Part shown: positions 28,801-40,782 of the stretch, piece by piece
Numbering within the stretch: position 1 is the first letter of the stretch
Layout: each line of letters opens with the position of its first letter
Assembly (NCBI GenBank): GCA_015061915.1
Contig: SUVR01000001.1
Location: 7,976 to 71,975, forward strand
Direction: 5' to 3'
Origin: Lentisphaerota bacterium
GTDB lineage: Bacteria > Verrucomicrobiota > Lentisphaeria > Victivallales > UBA1829
DNA length: 64,000 nt
Position numbers and translations under genes: made by a program
Notes under the pieces: model-generated
Told to the model about the DNA's origin: nothing
The model's input: only the letters and a program-made list of their open reading frames with translations
The model's database searches: none

Positions 28801-29528
28801 AGATCATTCCTGCAATCGACATCCGCGGCGGCAACTGCGTCCGCCTCTTTCAGGGCGATTACGCCCGGGAAACCGTTTACGGCACCGATCCCGCCGCACA
28901 GGCAAAAGCGTGGCAGGATGCCGGCGCTGAGATCATTCACCTGGTGGACCTGGATGGTGCCAAAGCAGGACATCCGGTCAATCTGGAAGCCATTGAAGCC
29001 ATCTGCAAAAATGTGACAGTCCCCTGCGAACTGGGTGGCGGGATCCGCACGGTGGAAGATGCAAAAAAAGTGCTGGATCTGGGAATCTCACGGGTGATCC
29101 TCGGAACGGTCGCCTGCGATGATCCCAAGCTGGCAGAATCATTCATCAGTCAGTTCGGTACCGAAAAAATCGTGGTGGGAATTGATGCCAAGGACGGCAA
29201 AGTGGCGACCCGCGGCTGGATCGAGACCAGCTCCACCGATGCCTTTGAACTGGCAAGAAAACTTTATCTCTTCGGCGTTTCCCGGATCATCTATACGGAT
29301 ATCGCCACGGATGGCGCTCTCTGCGGACCCAACCTGAAAAGCGTGGCTAATCTGTGCGACCTGATCCCGGAATGTCATGTGATCGCCTCCGGCGGCGTTT
29401 CCTCTGCAAAAGACATTGCCAACCTGAACGCACTGCGGAAAGCAAATCTGGAAGGGGCAATCGTGGGTAAGGCACTGTATGACGGTCGTGTTACCTTCGC
29501 TGATCTGAACATCGCAACAAAAGCCTGA
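28797..29528 (+). CDS. hisA: ProFAR isomerase
   Basis: MKIIPAIDIRGGNCVRL start. 4-nt overlap with hisH. Confidence 0.9.
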   Translation: MKIIPAIDIRGGNCVRLFQGDYARETVYGTDPAAQAKAWQDAGAEIIHLVDLDGAKAGHPVNLEAIEAICKNVTVPCELGGGIRTVEDAKKVLDLGISRVILGTVACDDPKLAESFISQFGTEKIVVGIDAKDGKVATRGWIETSSTDAFELARKLYLFGVSRIIYTDIATDGALCGPNLKSVANLCDLIPECHVIASGGVSSAKDIANLNALRKANLEGAIVGKALYDGRVTFADLNIATKA

Positions 29529-29552
29529 TGAAAGAGACAAGGAGTGAACACC

Positions 29553-30395
29553 ATGGCTGATTCTTCTTTCAATCCGTTCCCGAATGATTCTTACGATACC
29601 CCTGCCAATACCCGGAAATCCATCTGGGAATATCTGCTGCTGGGGACGCGCCTTTCTTTTTACATCCGCAATTTCTTCGTGTTCTGCCGGTCCGGTTATC
29701 TGGCGAAACATACGGAATTTACCGCGGAAACCCAGACTCTTTACTCCTTCAAAAATCTGCAGATCACTGAAAGCTGCGGCGGAAAGATCCACCTGCGCGG
29801 TCTGGATAATATTGACAAAGTCCATGGTCCGGCGGTCATCATTGCCAACCACATGAGTTTGCTGGAAACAGCGGTGATCCATGCCTTCCTGCGCCCGCGA
29901 AAAGATTTCTGTTTCGTGATCAAACAATCCCTGCTGGATGTGCCGTTCTTCGGAAACATCATGCGCAAACTGGGATGTATCGCGGTCACCCGCCAGAACC
30001 CCCGTGACGACTTCAAAGTGGTTATGAGTGAAGGCGCCAAACGCCTTGCAGAAGGAAAAACGGTTATTATCTTCCCCCAGCACAGCCGGTCCGCTGTATT
30101 TCAGGAAGAAACCTTCAATACCATCGGCGTAAAACTGGCAAAGCACGCCGGAGTGCCGATCCTGCCCCTGGCTCTGCGTACCGACTTCCTGCAGAACGGA
30201 AAGCTGCTCAAAGACCTGGGACCCATCCGCCGGAAGCGTCCCATCTGGTTTGAATTCGGCGAACCGATCACGGAAGTCAAGGGGACCGGTAAAGAAGAAC
30301 ATAAAGCCGTGGTGAATTTCATTGCATCCCGTCTGAAAAAATGGGGCTGTGAAGTGGAAATGCAGTCCGATGCCAAAACAGAAGAGAAAGCGTGA
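29553..30395 (+). CDS. 1-acyl-sn-glycerol-3-phosphate acyltransferase-like (LPLAT family)
   Basis: ANHMSLLE (HX4E variant of HX4D) and IFPQHSRS. Start at ATG 29553 behind AAGGAG. Confidence 0.65.
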   Translation: MADSSFNPFPNDSYDTPANTRKSIWEYLLLGTRLSFYIRNFFVFCRSGYLAKHTEFTAETQTLYSFKNLQITESCGGKIHLRGLDNIDKVHGPAVIIANHMSLLETAVIHAFLRPRKDFCFVIKQSLLDVPFFGNIMRKLGCIAVTRQNPRDDFKVVMSEGAKRLAEGKTVIIFPQHSRSAVFQEETFNTIGVKLAKHAGVPILPLALRTDFLQNGKLLKDLGPIRRKRPIWFEFGEPITEVKGTGKEEHKAVVNFIASRLKKWGCEVEMQSDAKTEEKA

Positions 30396-31504
30396 TCCCC
30401 ATGAATCCGACTCCCGAAAAAGTACGTGTTGAATTGGGAAACCGCTCTTACGATATTTATGCCGCTCCCGGACTCCTTTCCGGTCATCCGGAACTCCTGC
30501 GTCCCTTCGTGGAAGGCAGAGGTGTCCTGGTGGTGGCGGACAGCAATACCGGCGCTCTTTACGGTAAAAAGATCACTGATCTTGTCGGGACGATGAATCC
30601 GGCAAGTTGTTCCCTGCATATTTTTCCCGCCGGGGAAAGTTCCAAAAACTTTGCCACGGTGGAACAGATCTGCCGCGCGGCGTGTCAGGCAAAACTGGAC
30701 CGGAAAGGGATCGTACTCGCTCTCGGCGGCGGCGTGACCGGCGATATGGCGGGTTTTGCTGCTTCCATTTATATGCGGGGGATCGAATTCATCCAGATCC
30801 CCACCAGTATGCTTGCTATGATCGATTCTTCTGTCGGCGGCAAAACCGGCGTGGACCTGCCGGAAGGTAAAAACCTGATGGGTACATTCCATCAGCCGAA
30901 ACTGGTGCTGATCGATACGGATCTGCTTCAAACACTTCCCCCGGATCAGCTCCGCAGCGGACTGGCTGAACTGCTGAAGCACGCTGTCCTTTTTGATCCG
31001 GAACTTTTTGAAACGCTGGAAACAGAAGCAGAAACGCTCCTCTCCCTGAAAGATCCCGCATTTACAGCACGCATCATTGCCCGGTCCTGCTCCCTGAAAG
31101 CGGCGGTGGTCTCCGGCGATGAACGGGAAGGCGCTCAACGGGCTTTGTTGAATCTGGGGCACAGCTTCGGTCATGCCGTGGAAAAACTCCAGAATTTCTG
31201 CGGCTTTTCTCACGGAGCTGCCGTGGCGTATGGTACGGCTGTTGCGGCGGAACTCGCCTGCCGGACGGGACATCTCTCCCGTACAGAAGCCGACCGGATC
31301 ACGGATCTTTTCCGGCGCTATGAACTGCCGGTTACACTCAACGAATTTTCCCCGGAACAGATTTTGGATGCAATGGCTGGCGATAAAAAGAATATGGGGG
31401 GCAAAAAGCGCCTGATCCTGCCGACACGGATCGGAAATTGTGAGATCTTTGCCGATATTGCCGATGAAGACATCCTCTCTGCCATCGGAGCGTGCCGTGA
31501 CTGA
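30392..31504 (+). CDS. aroB: 3-dehydroquinate synthase
   Basis: GGGVTGDMAGFAA, the metal-binding region and 370 aa length. Confidence 0.88.
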   Translation: MIPMNPTPEKVRVELGNRSYDIYAAPGLLSGHPELLRPFVEGRGVLVVADSNTGALYGKKITDLVGTMNPASCSLHIFPAGESSKNFATVEQICRAACQAKLDRKGIVLALGGGVTGDMAGFAASIYMRGIEFIQIPTSMLAMIDSSVGGKTGVDLPEGKNLMGTFHQPKLVLIDTDLLQTLPPDQLRSGLAELLKHAVLFDPELFETLETEAETLLSLKDPAFTARIIARSCSLKAAVVSGDEREGAQRALLNLGHSFGHAVEKLQNFCGFSHGAAVAYGTAVAAELACRTGHLSRTEADRITDLFRRYELPVTLNEFSPEQILDAMAGDKKNMGGKKRLILPTRIGNCEIFADIADEDILSAIGACRD

Positions 31505-32657
31505 ACGGGAGGCATATCTTGTTCTGAATATGCTCAGCGGTATCGGTCCGGTCCGGCTGGCGGCGCTTCAGGAATTTGTGGATTCTGTGGAAGAGATCTT
31601 CACCCTTTCCGAAACGGAACTCGCCCGGATCCCCGGGATCAGTGAATCGCTGGCACACAAACTCTGCCATTGGGCGGATCACGTGGACCTGGAAAAGGAA
31701 CTGCGCCTCATCGAACGGGGCGGCGTTACCGTGCTGATCCGCAGCGATGAAGCATACCCGCAGCCCTTGCGGGAGATCCATGATTCGCCCATCTGCCTCT
31801 ATGTCCGCGGTACGATCCCGCCGGAAACTGCCACCCACGCCATTGCCATGGTCGGTACACGCCATATTTCCCATTACGGAGAACAGATGGCACGGCATCT
31901 GGCGGAGTCGGCGGCATACGCAAAATGGGTGGTGGTCAGCGGTTTGGCAGTGGGGATCGATACGGTTGTCCACCGGAGTACCGTGAATGCGGGCGGAAAG
32001 ACCATTGCCGTGCTGGGCAGCGGTCTGGCGCGGCTGCATCCGCAGGAGAACCTGCAGTTGGCACGGGATATTATTGCAACCGGCGGGGCGGTGATCTCCG
32101 AGTTCCCTATGACGATGTCCCCGACACGCCATACTTTCCCTATGCGGAACCGGATCATTTCCGGTCTGTCTCAAGGGACTGTTGTGGTGGAAGCGGGGCT
32201 GAACAGCGGTTCGCTCATCACGGCGGCGCAGGCGATCGAACAGGGAAGACGGGTCTTTGCCGTTCCGGGCAATGTGGATACCGGTGCTGCCGGCGGATGC
32301 AATACCCTGATCCGGAAAGGCGCAGTGCTGGTGGAGTCTTTCGATCACATTCTGGAAGAATTTGATTTCCTGCCCGGATTTGATACCTTGAGAAGTCTCT
32401 CTGTCCTGCGGGACGATTCCGCACCGGGCGTAACACCGGAAATGCCTGCCGGATTTGATGATCAGCCGGATGAAATCCACCTCGGACCCGCTGCGGATGC
32501 CGTTCTGCAGGTCCTGAAAAAAGGGGATCTTTCGCTGGATTCCATGGCGGCGCAAACCGGATTCCCCGCACAGGAACTGCTTTCTGCCGCCATCGCACTG
32601 GAAATCATGTGCCGGATCAAGCGGAATACAGACGGCACCTACCGCAGGATCCGCTGA
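31497..32657 (+). CDS. dprA: DNA-processing protein DprA
   Basis: EREAYLVLNMLSGIGPVRL N-terminus and Rossmann-like core ending FAVPGNVDTGAAGGCNTLIRKGA. The likely GTG start at 31497 overlaps the aroB stop. Confidence 0.8.
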   Translation: MTEREAYLVLNMLSGIGPVRLAALQEFVDSVEEIFTLSETELARIPGISESLAHKLCHWADHVDLEKELRLIERGGVTVLIRSDEAYPQPLREIHDSPICLYVRGTIPPETATHAIAMVGTRHISHYGEQMARHLAESAAYAKWVVVSGLAVGIDTVVHRSTVNAGGKTIAVLGSGLARLHPQENLQLARDIIATGGAVISEFPMTMSPTRHTFPMRNRIISGLSQGTVVVEAGLNSGSLITAAQAIEQGRRVFAVPGNVDTGAAGGCNTLIRKGAVLVESFDHILEEFDFLPGFDTLRSLSVLRDDSAPGVTPEMPAGFDDQPDEIHLGPAADAVLQVLKKGDLSLDSMAAQTGFPAQELLSAAIALEIMCRIKRNTDGTYRRIR

Positions 32658-32666
32658 CCGTTCTTT

Positions 32667-33398
32667 TTATCTGCCCGTGATCAGCCGGATCACTGCTGCT
32701 GCACAATGGCAGCCGAACAGGTTTGGCATATAGGAGATCGTGCCGGTAATGGAGCGTTTGTAAGGTCCGGCATCTGCCGATTCCACCACGGAACCGGGTA
32801 CCGGATCTTCCGGCGAAAACACCGCACGGATCCCCTTTTCGATCCCCGCTTTCCGCAACATACTCCGGACGACCTTTGCCAGCGGACAATGAGTCGTTTT
32901 GGAGATGTCTGCACACCGGATCTGCTCCGGATCCAGACGGGCACCCGATCCCATACAGCTGACCACCGGCAGAGAACGCTCCACGCACTGCTGAAGAAGC
33001 TGGACTTTGGGCGTGATGCTGTCAATGGCATCCAATACACAGGTGTACGGCGCCGCATCCAGCAGCGCTGTGATCCTCTCCTGTTCCAGATAAACTTCCG
33101 CCTCATGCAGCACCAGATCCGGGTTGATGTCACGCAGACGCTCCGCCATCACTGCAACTTTGCTTCTGCCGGAGGTGGAGACCAATGCTCCGATCTGACG
33201 GTTCCGGTTCGTGATGTCAAAGGTATCGCCATCCACGATCGTCATTTCCCGCACGCCGGCGCGGGCGATCATTTCCGCTGCGATCCCGCCGACACCACCA
33301 AGCCCGACGACCAGCACATGAGCTTGAAACAGGCGGTCCGCTGCATCCTGACCCAGTAAAAGTTTTGTCCGGCTCTGCCAGTCCTGATCGTTCATCAT
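32667..33398 (-). CDS. tcdA: tRNA threonylcarbamoyladenosine dehydratase (ThiF/E1-like)
   Basis: VLVVGLGGVGG nucleotide loop, about 240 aa. ATGA overlap with the upstream tatD-like stop. Confidence 0.75.
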   Translation of the reverse strand: MMNDQDWQSRTKLLLGQDAADRLFQAHVLVVGLGGVGGIAAEMIARAGVREMTIVDGDTFDITNRNRQIGALVSTSGRSKVAVMAERLRDINPDLVLHEAEVYLEQERITALLDAAPYTCVLDAIDSITPKVQLLQQCVERSLPVVSCMGSGARLDPEQIRCADISKTTHCPLAKVVRSMLRKAGIEKGIRAVFSPEDPVPGSVVESADAGPYKRSITGTISYMPNLFGCHCAAAVIRLITGR

Positions 33399-34042
33399 TG
33401 GAAAATCCTCCTGAAATTTGCCTGCACGGCTGCACAAAGTTCATCCACCGGAACACCCCGCATGGAAGCTGCCAGCGCATAGATCGCCCGGATGTCGGTG
33501 CTTGGGTCATCATCCGTTTCAAAAAAGAGACGGTCTGCGGGAATCCGGCTGAAAAATGGTTCCAGATTTCCCGCATCTTTCAGCAATCCCGCCCCGAAGG
33601 AGATGAGGAAACCGGCGTCCAGCAGGGAGAACAAGGTGCGCTCCTTCCCGCGGAATCCGTGCATGATCCAGGGGATGGTCGGCGCAAGATCTTTTGCCGC
33701 ACGGCAGATCTCTTCATGTGTCCGCACACTGTGGATCAACAGGGGCTTATGCAGGATTTCCGCCTGCTGTGCCTGCGCCCGGAAGAGCGCAGATTGTCTG
33801 GGAAGATCCGGATATCTCCGGTCCATGCCGCACTCGCCGACTGCAAGACAGCGGGGATCGTTCCAGGTTGCTTCAAAATCTTTGATCTCAAACTGTTCTG
33901 CATCTTTCGGATGGAGCCCCGCAGTAAAAAATCCGGTATCAGGAATCGCGGGCATAAGACAACTCTGCAACGCAAAAATATCCGGTCCGGCAACGGCGTG
34001 ATGTGTATGCAAATCAAGATATTTCTGTGCCGGTCCGATCAT
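33395..34042 (-). CDS. TatD-family metal-dependent hydrolase
   Basis: DLHTHH start motif and TatD-like length. Confidence 0.7.
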   Translation of the reverse strand: MIGPAQKYLDLHTHHAVAGPDIFALQSCLMPAIPDTGFFTAGLHPKDAEQFEIKDFEATWNDPRCLAVGECGMDRRYPDLPRQSALFRAQAQQAEILHKPLLIHSVRTHEEICRAAKDLAPTIPWIMHGFRGKERTLFSLLDAGFLISFGAGLLKDAGNLEPFFSRIPADRLFFETDDDPSTDIRAIYALAASMRGVPVDELCAAVQANFRRIFQ

Positions 34043-35283
34043 ATTTTTCTCCGCAGTACGGCGACAAATGAGCCGTCACAATCTCCGTCTCCGGGGAAGG
34101 TCTGCAACATTCCGTCCGTGAATGTTCCGGTCCAGGGCGATACAAACGGAAGCAGTTCAAAATCAGGATGTTCTGCCAAAAATTTTTGAATTGTCAAAAC
34201 ATTTTCCACCGCAAAGACCGAGCAGGTTCCATACACCAGTTTTCCGCCGGGTCGGACCTGTTTTGCCCGATGGGAAAGGATTTCCAGTTGCGTGCGGTTG
34301 ATCTCTGCCACCTTTTCCGGTGTCAACCCCCAGCGACCGTCGGGATTTCGCCGCCAACGTCCGGAGGAACTGCACGGAGCATCTATCAGAATACCATCGT
34401 AAGTATTTTGCTTTGTTTCTCTTTTGATCATTTTGCTGTATGGCGTCCGGGTAGCACGCTCCTCCAGTTCATCCAATTTCCGCTCCCGGATGTCATAGAC
34501 CGTGATCGTACCTTTTCCGTTCATCATTGCGGCGAGCTGCAGCGTTTTACCGCCGCCACCGGCACAGGCGTCCAGCCAATGTTCTCCTTCCTGTGCTCCG
34601 GCGGCAATGCCGATGCATTGACTGGAAAGATCCTGCACTTCAAAAGAGCCGGCTTTCCAGCTTTTCATCGTGTCGAACTTCACCCGTTCGTTGGGAAAAC
34701 GGAACGCACCGGGGATGGCGGGGTGGGGCGTAAAGGTCAATCCGGCTTCCCGCCATTCCTGCAGTACGGCGGTTTCTCTGCCCGGCAGGACCCGGACCCA
34801 CAGGGGAGACCGGGATTCCAGTCGTGGGAGATAGCGCTCTTCTGCGCCCTCTGCAAACAGAGGCAGCGTCCATTCCGGTACCAGCTGGACACCGGTTATA
34901 TCGATGCCGGTAAATGCTTTGAACCGTTCCTGCGGTGTGGGCAGGCGGGGGTAATCGAATGCGGGATCTCCGGTGAGTGCCGCCATGGCAGGTGGGATCG
35001 GGTCAACGCCGTCCGTCACCAGTGCAGCCAGCAGCCGTTTTGCCGGATCATCCGGCATCTTCTGCAGGTATCCGTACCAGCGGAACCAGGCGAAAATAGC
35101 GAGGTAAAAGAATTGTCTGTCTCTGGATCCGTAGCAGCGGTTTTCCCGGTAGATCCTTGCCAGTGTCCGGTCTGCAGGGGTTCCGTTTTTCAATGCGGTG
35201 CAAACATCGTTCAGGATCCGGAGGCAATTTTCTGCCTGAGTAAGCCATTTTTTAGCGATGGGTTCCATACTGACCCCGCTCAA
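34039..35283 (-). CDS. RsmB/NOP2-family rRNA cytosine-C5 methyltransferase
   Basis: DACAGGGGKT SAM loop. ILIDAPCSSSGRWRRNPD and YGTCS catalytic Cys motifs. Confidence 0.8.
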   Translation of the reverse strand: MSGVSMEPIAKKWLTQAENCLRILNDVCTALKNGTPADRTLARIYRENRCYGSRDRQFFYLAIFAWFRWYGYLQKMPDDPAKRLLAALVTDGVDPIPPAMAALTGDPAFDYPRLPTPQERFKAFTGIDITGVQLVPEWTLPLFAEGAEERYLPRLESRSPLWVRVLPGRETAVLQEWREAGLTFTPHPAIPGAFRFPNERVKFDTMKSWKAGSFEVQDLSSQCIGIAAGAQEGEHWLDACAGGGGKTLQLAAMMNGKGTITVYDIRERKLDELEERATRTPYSKMIKRETKQNTYDGILIDAPCSSSGRWRRNPDGRWGLTPEKVAEINRTQLEILSHRAKQVRPGGKLVYGTCSVFAVENVLTIQKFLAEHPDFELLPFVSPWTGTFTDGMLQTFPGDGDCDGSFVAVLRRKI

Positions 35284-36110
35284 TCAAAAGGCAGTTCGAT
35301 CCGCTGTTTCTGCCGGAAAGTGTTGATACATTTGTACCCCACACTGCGGGCGAGTTCTTCGGCAAGATCAAAGTCCTGTCCCACTTCCCGCGGCAGATGG
35401 GAATCGGATCCGAAGGTGAGACCCACTCCGGCATCGAATGCCATTTTTACGATAGCAGGCACAGGGTAGATCTCTTTTGCCGCCTTGCGCAGACCGGCAG
35501 TATTCAATTCCATACAAATGCCTTTTTCTGCGGCGACTTTGAGGATGTCGTGCATTGCCAGCACATACTTTGTGCGGTCGGCGGGGTAGACATTGAATTT
35601 TTTGGGCAGGTCCATGTGACCGATGATCTCGAAGTTGCCCTCATTGACCATCTGTGCCATATATTCAGCATAAAGTTCCCACATCTTTTCTGTTCCGCCA
35701 ACGGCATCCCATTCCTCCACGGTATTGTCTACCGGCACTTCACCGATGAAGTGAATGGAGGAGATCCGATAGTCAAAGGGTTCCGCTTCCATGGCGGGAC
35801 GGGTGCGTTCCATGCGTCCGGGCAGGAAATCGAATTCCGTGCCGTACAGGAGTTCCACGCCGGAACCTTCCAGCGTCTTGCGGAGCCGGGGCATCCAGTC
35901 ATCCCGGTAGAGGGGATATTGATCGAAGGGGATGCAGCAGCGAGTGGGATAGCCTTCCGGCAGGGGGAAGTGGTCACTGCAGCCGTAGAATGCCAGTCCG
36001 GCGGCGATGGCTTGTGCGGCGTATTCCTCCGCTTCACCGGCAGCGTGTCCGCTCAACGGGGTATGGGAATGAAGATCCGCGTATTTCCGTTTGCTGTTTG
36101 CGCTTGCCAT
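35280..36110 (-). CDS. PHP-domain histidinol-phosphatase (HisJ family)
   Basis: YADLHSHTPLSGHA start and PHP His/Asp pattern. Confidence 0.7.
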   Translation of the reverse strand: MASANSKRKYADLHSHTPLSGHAAGEAEEYAAQAIAAGLAFYGCSDHFPLPEGYPTRCCIPFDQYPLYRDDWMPRLRKTLEGSGVELLYGTEFDFLPGRMERTRPAMEAEPFDYRISSIHFIGEVPVDNTVEEWDAVGGTEKMWELYAEYMAQMVNEGNFEIIGHMDLPKKFNVYPADRTKYVLAMHDILKVAAEKGICMELNTAGLRKAAKEIYPVPAIVKMAFDAGVGLTFGSDSHLPREVGQDFDLAEELARSVGYKCINTFRQKQRIELPFD

Positions 36111-36152
36111 GGTTCACCTTGCCTTTCCGGCGCACCGTTTTCTGATCCGGGA

Positions 36153-37598
36153 TCAGCTGTACTGGAGTCGCCGCTGCAGATTGGAGATTTTATGTTTCAG
36201 ATCCTCATTCGTGTGAGAATCCTGTTCGATCTGATTGATGGCGTGCAGTACGGTGGAATGAGTCCTTCCGCCGAATGCCGCACCGATGTCCTGCTGGGTA
36301 TTATCGGTCAGTTTCCGGCAGAGATACATTGCAATCATACGGGCTTCTGCGATCTTCTGCGGACGGGCTTTTCCAGTCAGATCCCGAACCTGCAGATCGA
36401 AATATTCGGCTACTGCCTTCTGGATCTGGTGAATACTCAACCGGCTGTTCTTTTCTTCCGCTTCTTTGTCCAACAGGTCGCCCAGCAGTTCGCCGGCACG
36501 ATCCACGGTGATTTCCATACCGGCAGCAGCAAAGACGGAAAGCCGGATCAATGCGCTCTTGAGGGGGCGGATATTGGAAGTGATCCGTGCTGCCAGGAAG
36601 TTCAATACTGCATCCGGGAACTTACAGGTCATGGAATCCTGTACCTGCCGGAGGATCGCCAGACGGGTTTCAAAGGTGGATTCCGTGATCTGCATGGTCA
36701 TACCGGATTGGAAGCGGGAGACCAGGCGTTTTTCCAGTCCGGGGATATCCGAAGGCTGTTTATCGCTGGTCAGAATGATCTGTTTTCCGGCATTGTGCAG
36801 GGAGTTGAATGTATTGAAAAATTCTTCCTGAAGCTGGGTTTTGTTGCCGCTGAGGAAATGCACGTCATCGATCAGCAGCAGGTCAACATTGCGGAACCGT
36901 TCCCGGAACTTGAAGTCTGTTTTGCTGCGCAGAGATGCCACATATTCGTTCAGGAATTCTTCGCAGGTCACATACCGGATCACAGCCTTCCGGTTCTGGG
37001 AGACCATTTCATTGGCAACTGCCTGGATCAGGTGTGTTTTGCCCATGCCGGAACCGCCGTAGATATAAAGCGGGTTCCACATACCGGGGGATTTCACTGC
37101 CGTGGTGGCTGCGGTGTAAGCGTAACGGTTTTCTTCGCCCACCACAAAGTTTTCAAAGGTATTTTCCGGCAGACATTTTTCCGCTGTGACACGGGTCAGA
37201 CCGGCAAGTTCCCCGTCTGTTGATGCCATCGGCGCAATGGGGGATTCCTCTGCAACTGCCGCCGGTGTTTCTTCAACCAGGGGCAGGGATTGATCATAAA
37301 GGCTGTCCACTCCGGCTGTGGCATCTTCACCTGCCACATAGCCGATTTCAAAGCGGAAACGGAAGGATTCACCGAACGCATAAGTGATCGCTTCCTGAAG
37401 CTGCTCGCTTGCCTCTTCATTGTCCAGGATCCAGTCCGCAAGAAACTCGCTGGAGATCCCCAGGAGAAGTTCACCCTTCTCCAGGGACAGGGCAGCTACG
37501 CCTTTGAAAAATGTTTCGTACAGCGATGTGGACTTGCTTTTGAGAAAAGCGCAAGCATTACCCCACAGGCGCTGAACGTCTGTTACCGTCATTTCCAT
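36153..37598 (-). CDS. dnaA: chromosomal replication initiator protein DnaA
   Basis: Walker A GGSGMGKTHL, the AAA+ core, and the C-terminal DNA-binding domain (IAMYLCRKLTDNTQQDIGAAFGGRTHSTVLHA). Confidence 0.95.
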   Translation of the reverse strand: MEMTVTDVQRLWGNACAFLKSKSTSLYETFFKGVAALSLEKGELLLGISSEFLADWILDNEEASEQLQEAITYAFGESFRFRFEIGYVAGEDATAGVDSLYDQSLPLVEETPAAVAEESPIAPMASTDGELAGLTRVTAEKCLPENTFENFVVGEENRYAYTAATTAVKSPGMWNPLYIYGGSGMGKTHLIQAVANEMVSQNRKAVIRYVTCEEFLNEYVASLRSKTDFKFRERFRNVDLLLIDDVHFLSGNKTQLQEEFFNTFNSLHNAGKQIILTSDKQPSDIPGLEKRLVSRFQSGMTMQITESTFETRLAILRQVQDSMTCKFPDAVLNFLAARITSNIRPLKSALIRLSVFAAAGMEITVDRAGELLGDLLDKEAEEKNSRLSIHQIQKAVAEYFDLQVRDLTGKARPQKIAEARMIAMYLCRKLTDNTQQDIGAAFGGRTHSTVLHAINQIEQDSHTNEDLKHKISNLQRRLQYS

Positions 37599-38102
37599 TT
37601 GTCTGTTCTTTTTCGTTAAATTGACTACCTGCTATGCTGATGTCACACGGCGCAGCAAATGCCGATGACCCGTCTCCGGATACGCCACGCGTCAAACAAA
37701 ACTTCCGCAGGCAGGAATACAGAAAGTACCCGGCCGGTCCGATTTTTCTGCCGTGTTATCAACATACTACAATGTACCACCAAAGAGCGTTTTTCTCAAG
37801 TGTTTTTCTGAAAATTTTTTACAAATATTTTTTCAAAACCCTCTTGACGCTGACGGAAGGTATTAGAAACTGCAGATTTAGCAAAAAATGTGCTGAAATG
37901 ACTTTTTGAAAAACGGTTGGAATCGGAATGCAGTAACGTCAAAAGTCAAGTCGATTTTTGAAAAAATATGGAAAATATTTTCGTTGTGCTGAAAAAAAAA
38001 TTTTTCCAAAGAGATACGTCAAAAAAACGCCACTTCAGAACAAGTTGTTTACCTTTCGATAATGATTCTTATTTGCGTTGTATTTGGCAGTTTTGGCAGA
38101 TT
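37599..38102. other. candidate replication origin (oriC) / dnaA upstream region
   Basis: This is the longest and most AT-rich non-coding stretch in the window (about 500 bp), directly upstream of dnaA. It has one near-consensus DnaA box TTATCAACA (37756..37764). Repeated motifs are TGTGCTGAAA (37889, 37985), ACGTCAAAA (37936, 38016) and TTTTTGAAAAA. Confidence 0.45.
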
Positions 38103-38873
38103 TCACAGAAAATAATCCGGCAGCTCCTTTTCCAATTTCCGCAGTTTTCGACGACATTCTAAAAACTCCGGACAATATTTTTCCACTTCTTTCCAGAAGC
38201 GCTCCGAGTGGTTCATCTGCCGGAGATGGCACAGCTCATGGATCAGGATATATTCCACGATTTCTTCCGGGAGCAGCAACAGCATTGCGTTCAGGGAAAT
38301 GGCGCCGTCTCTGGAGGAACAGCTGCCCCAGCGTCCTTTCTGGATCCGGATTGTGCAGGTTCCGGGGTTGAACGAAAATTTTTCTGCCAGTCCCTGAACG
38401 TGCGGGATCAGAAAATCGGCGGTGCAGCGTTTAAGCATATCCTTGAGGGCATCCCGGACCCGGTCGTGGTCCAGCACGTTTCCGGTTACGGTGATACGGC
38501 GGTGCTCCGGTTCACACTTTGCCGCAGTCCAGGAGCAGGAGCGGAACACGTATTCCACGGTGAAGTCGCCGCCCAGATACCGGAGTGACAGTTTTTTGGG
38601 AAAAAGATCATTCTTCCGGTCGTTCTTTTTTGCGGCATACTGTTGGAGTACCGACTGGCGTGAACGGATGATCCAGTCCAGTTTGGAGAGTGCAAATTTT
38701 TTGGCAGTCTCCGGATCTGTATGCCGGGGCAGGACCAGTTCCACCTCGCCTTCGGGCGGCAGGACCCGCAAACGGATCGTCCGGGCGCGCTCCGAGAGAC
38801 GAACCCGGCAAAGCATCCGGGAGCCGTCCGGCAGAGGCAGAGACAGAGGCGCTGGTAATGGTCTGGACGTCAT
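38103..38873 (-). CDS. M48/YgjP-like (DUF45) zinc metallohydrolase
   Basis: HELCHL (HExxH) near the C-terminus. 256 aa. Confidence 0.7.
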   Translation of the reverse strand: MTSRPLPAPLSLPLPDGSRMLCRVRLSERARTIRLRVLPPEGEVELVLPRHTDPETAKKFALSKLDWIIRSRQSVLQQYAAKKNDRKNDLFPKKLSLRYLGGDFTVEYVFRSCSWTAAKCEPEHRRITVTGNVLDHDRVRDALKDMLKRCTADFLIPHVQGLAEKFSFNPGTCTIRIQKGRWGSCSSRDGAISLNAMLLLLPEEIVEYILIHELCHLRQMNHSERFWKEVEKYCPEFLECRRKLRKLEKELPDYFL

Positions 38874-39011
38874 ATTTATGGGGTTCCTTCTTTATTCCTT
38901 CTATAAAATACAGTAGAGATGGAAAAAAGCAACCATTTCAACTTGAAAAAACGGAAAAGAGCTGTAAATTTCTGCTGGATACGGATCAGATAAAAACAGA
39001 AAGGAACCGCT

Positions 39012-40669
<1,658 letters not shown>

Positions 40670-40782
40670 GAGGCGGAGTTCCCGGCGGATACAGAAAGAC
40701 AATTTTGTGATGGGCAAATTTCCCTGTTGAGGGCGGACTGTGAAGTGTTTGCTGTTGCGGTGTGAAAGTCACCCGCAGATGA

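Noticed and set aside
10475-32555. A series of 380-570-aa ORFs on the strand opposite to real genes: 10475..11677, 14890..16338, 21422..22756, 23101..24810, 24955..26352, 29139..30302, 30101..31273 and 31338..32555.
   Set aside because: Each lies antisense to a gene with strong family motifs (aminopeptidase, GH4, dapL, ackA, Gfo/Idh/MocA, plsC-like, aroB, dprA). The translations are repetitive and motif-free.
35397-37223. A 608-aa plus-strand ORF.
   Set aside because: It is antisense to dnaA and the PHP phosphatase. Shadow ORF.
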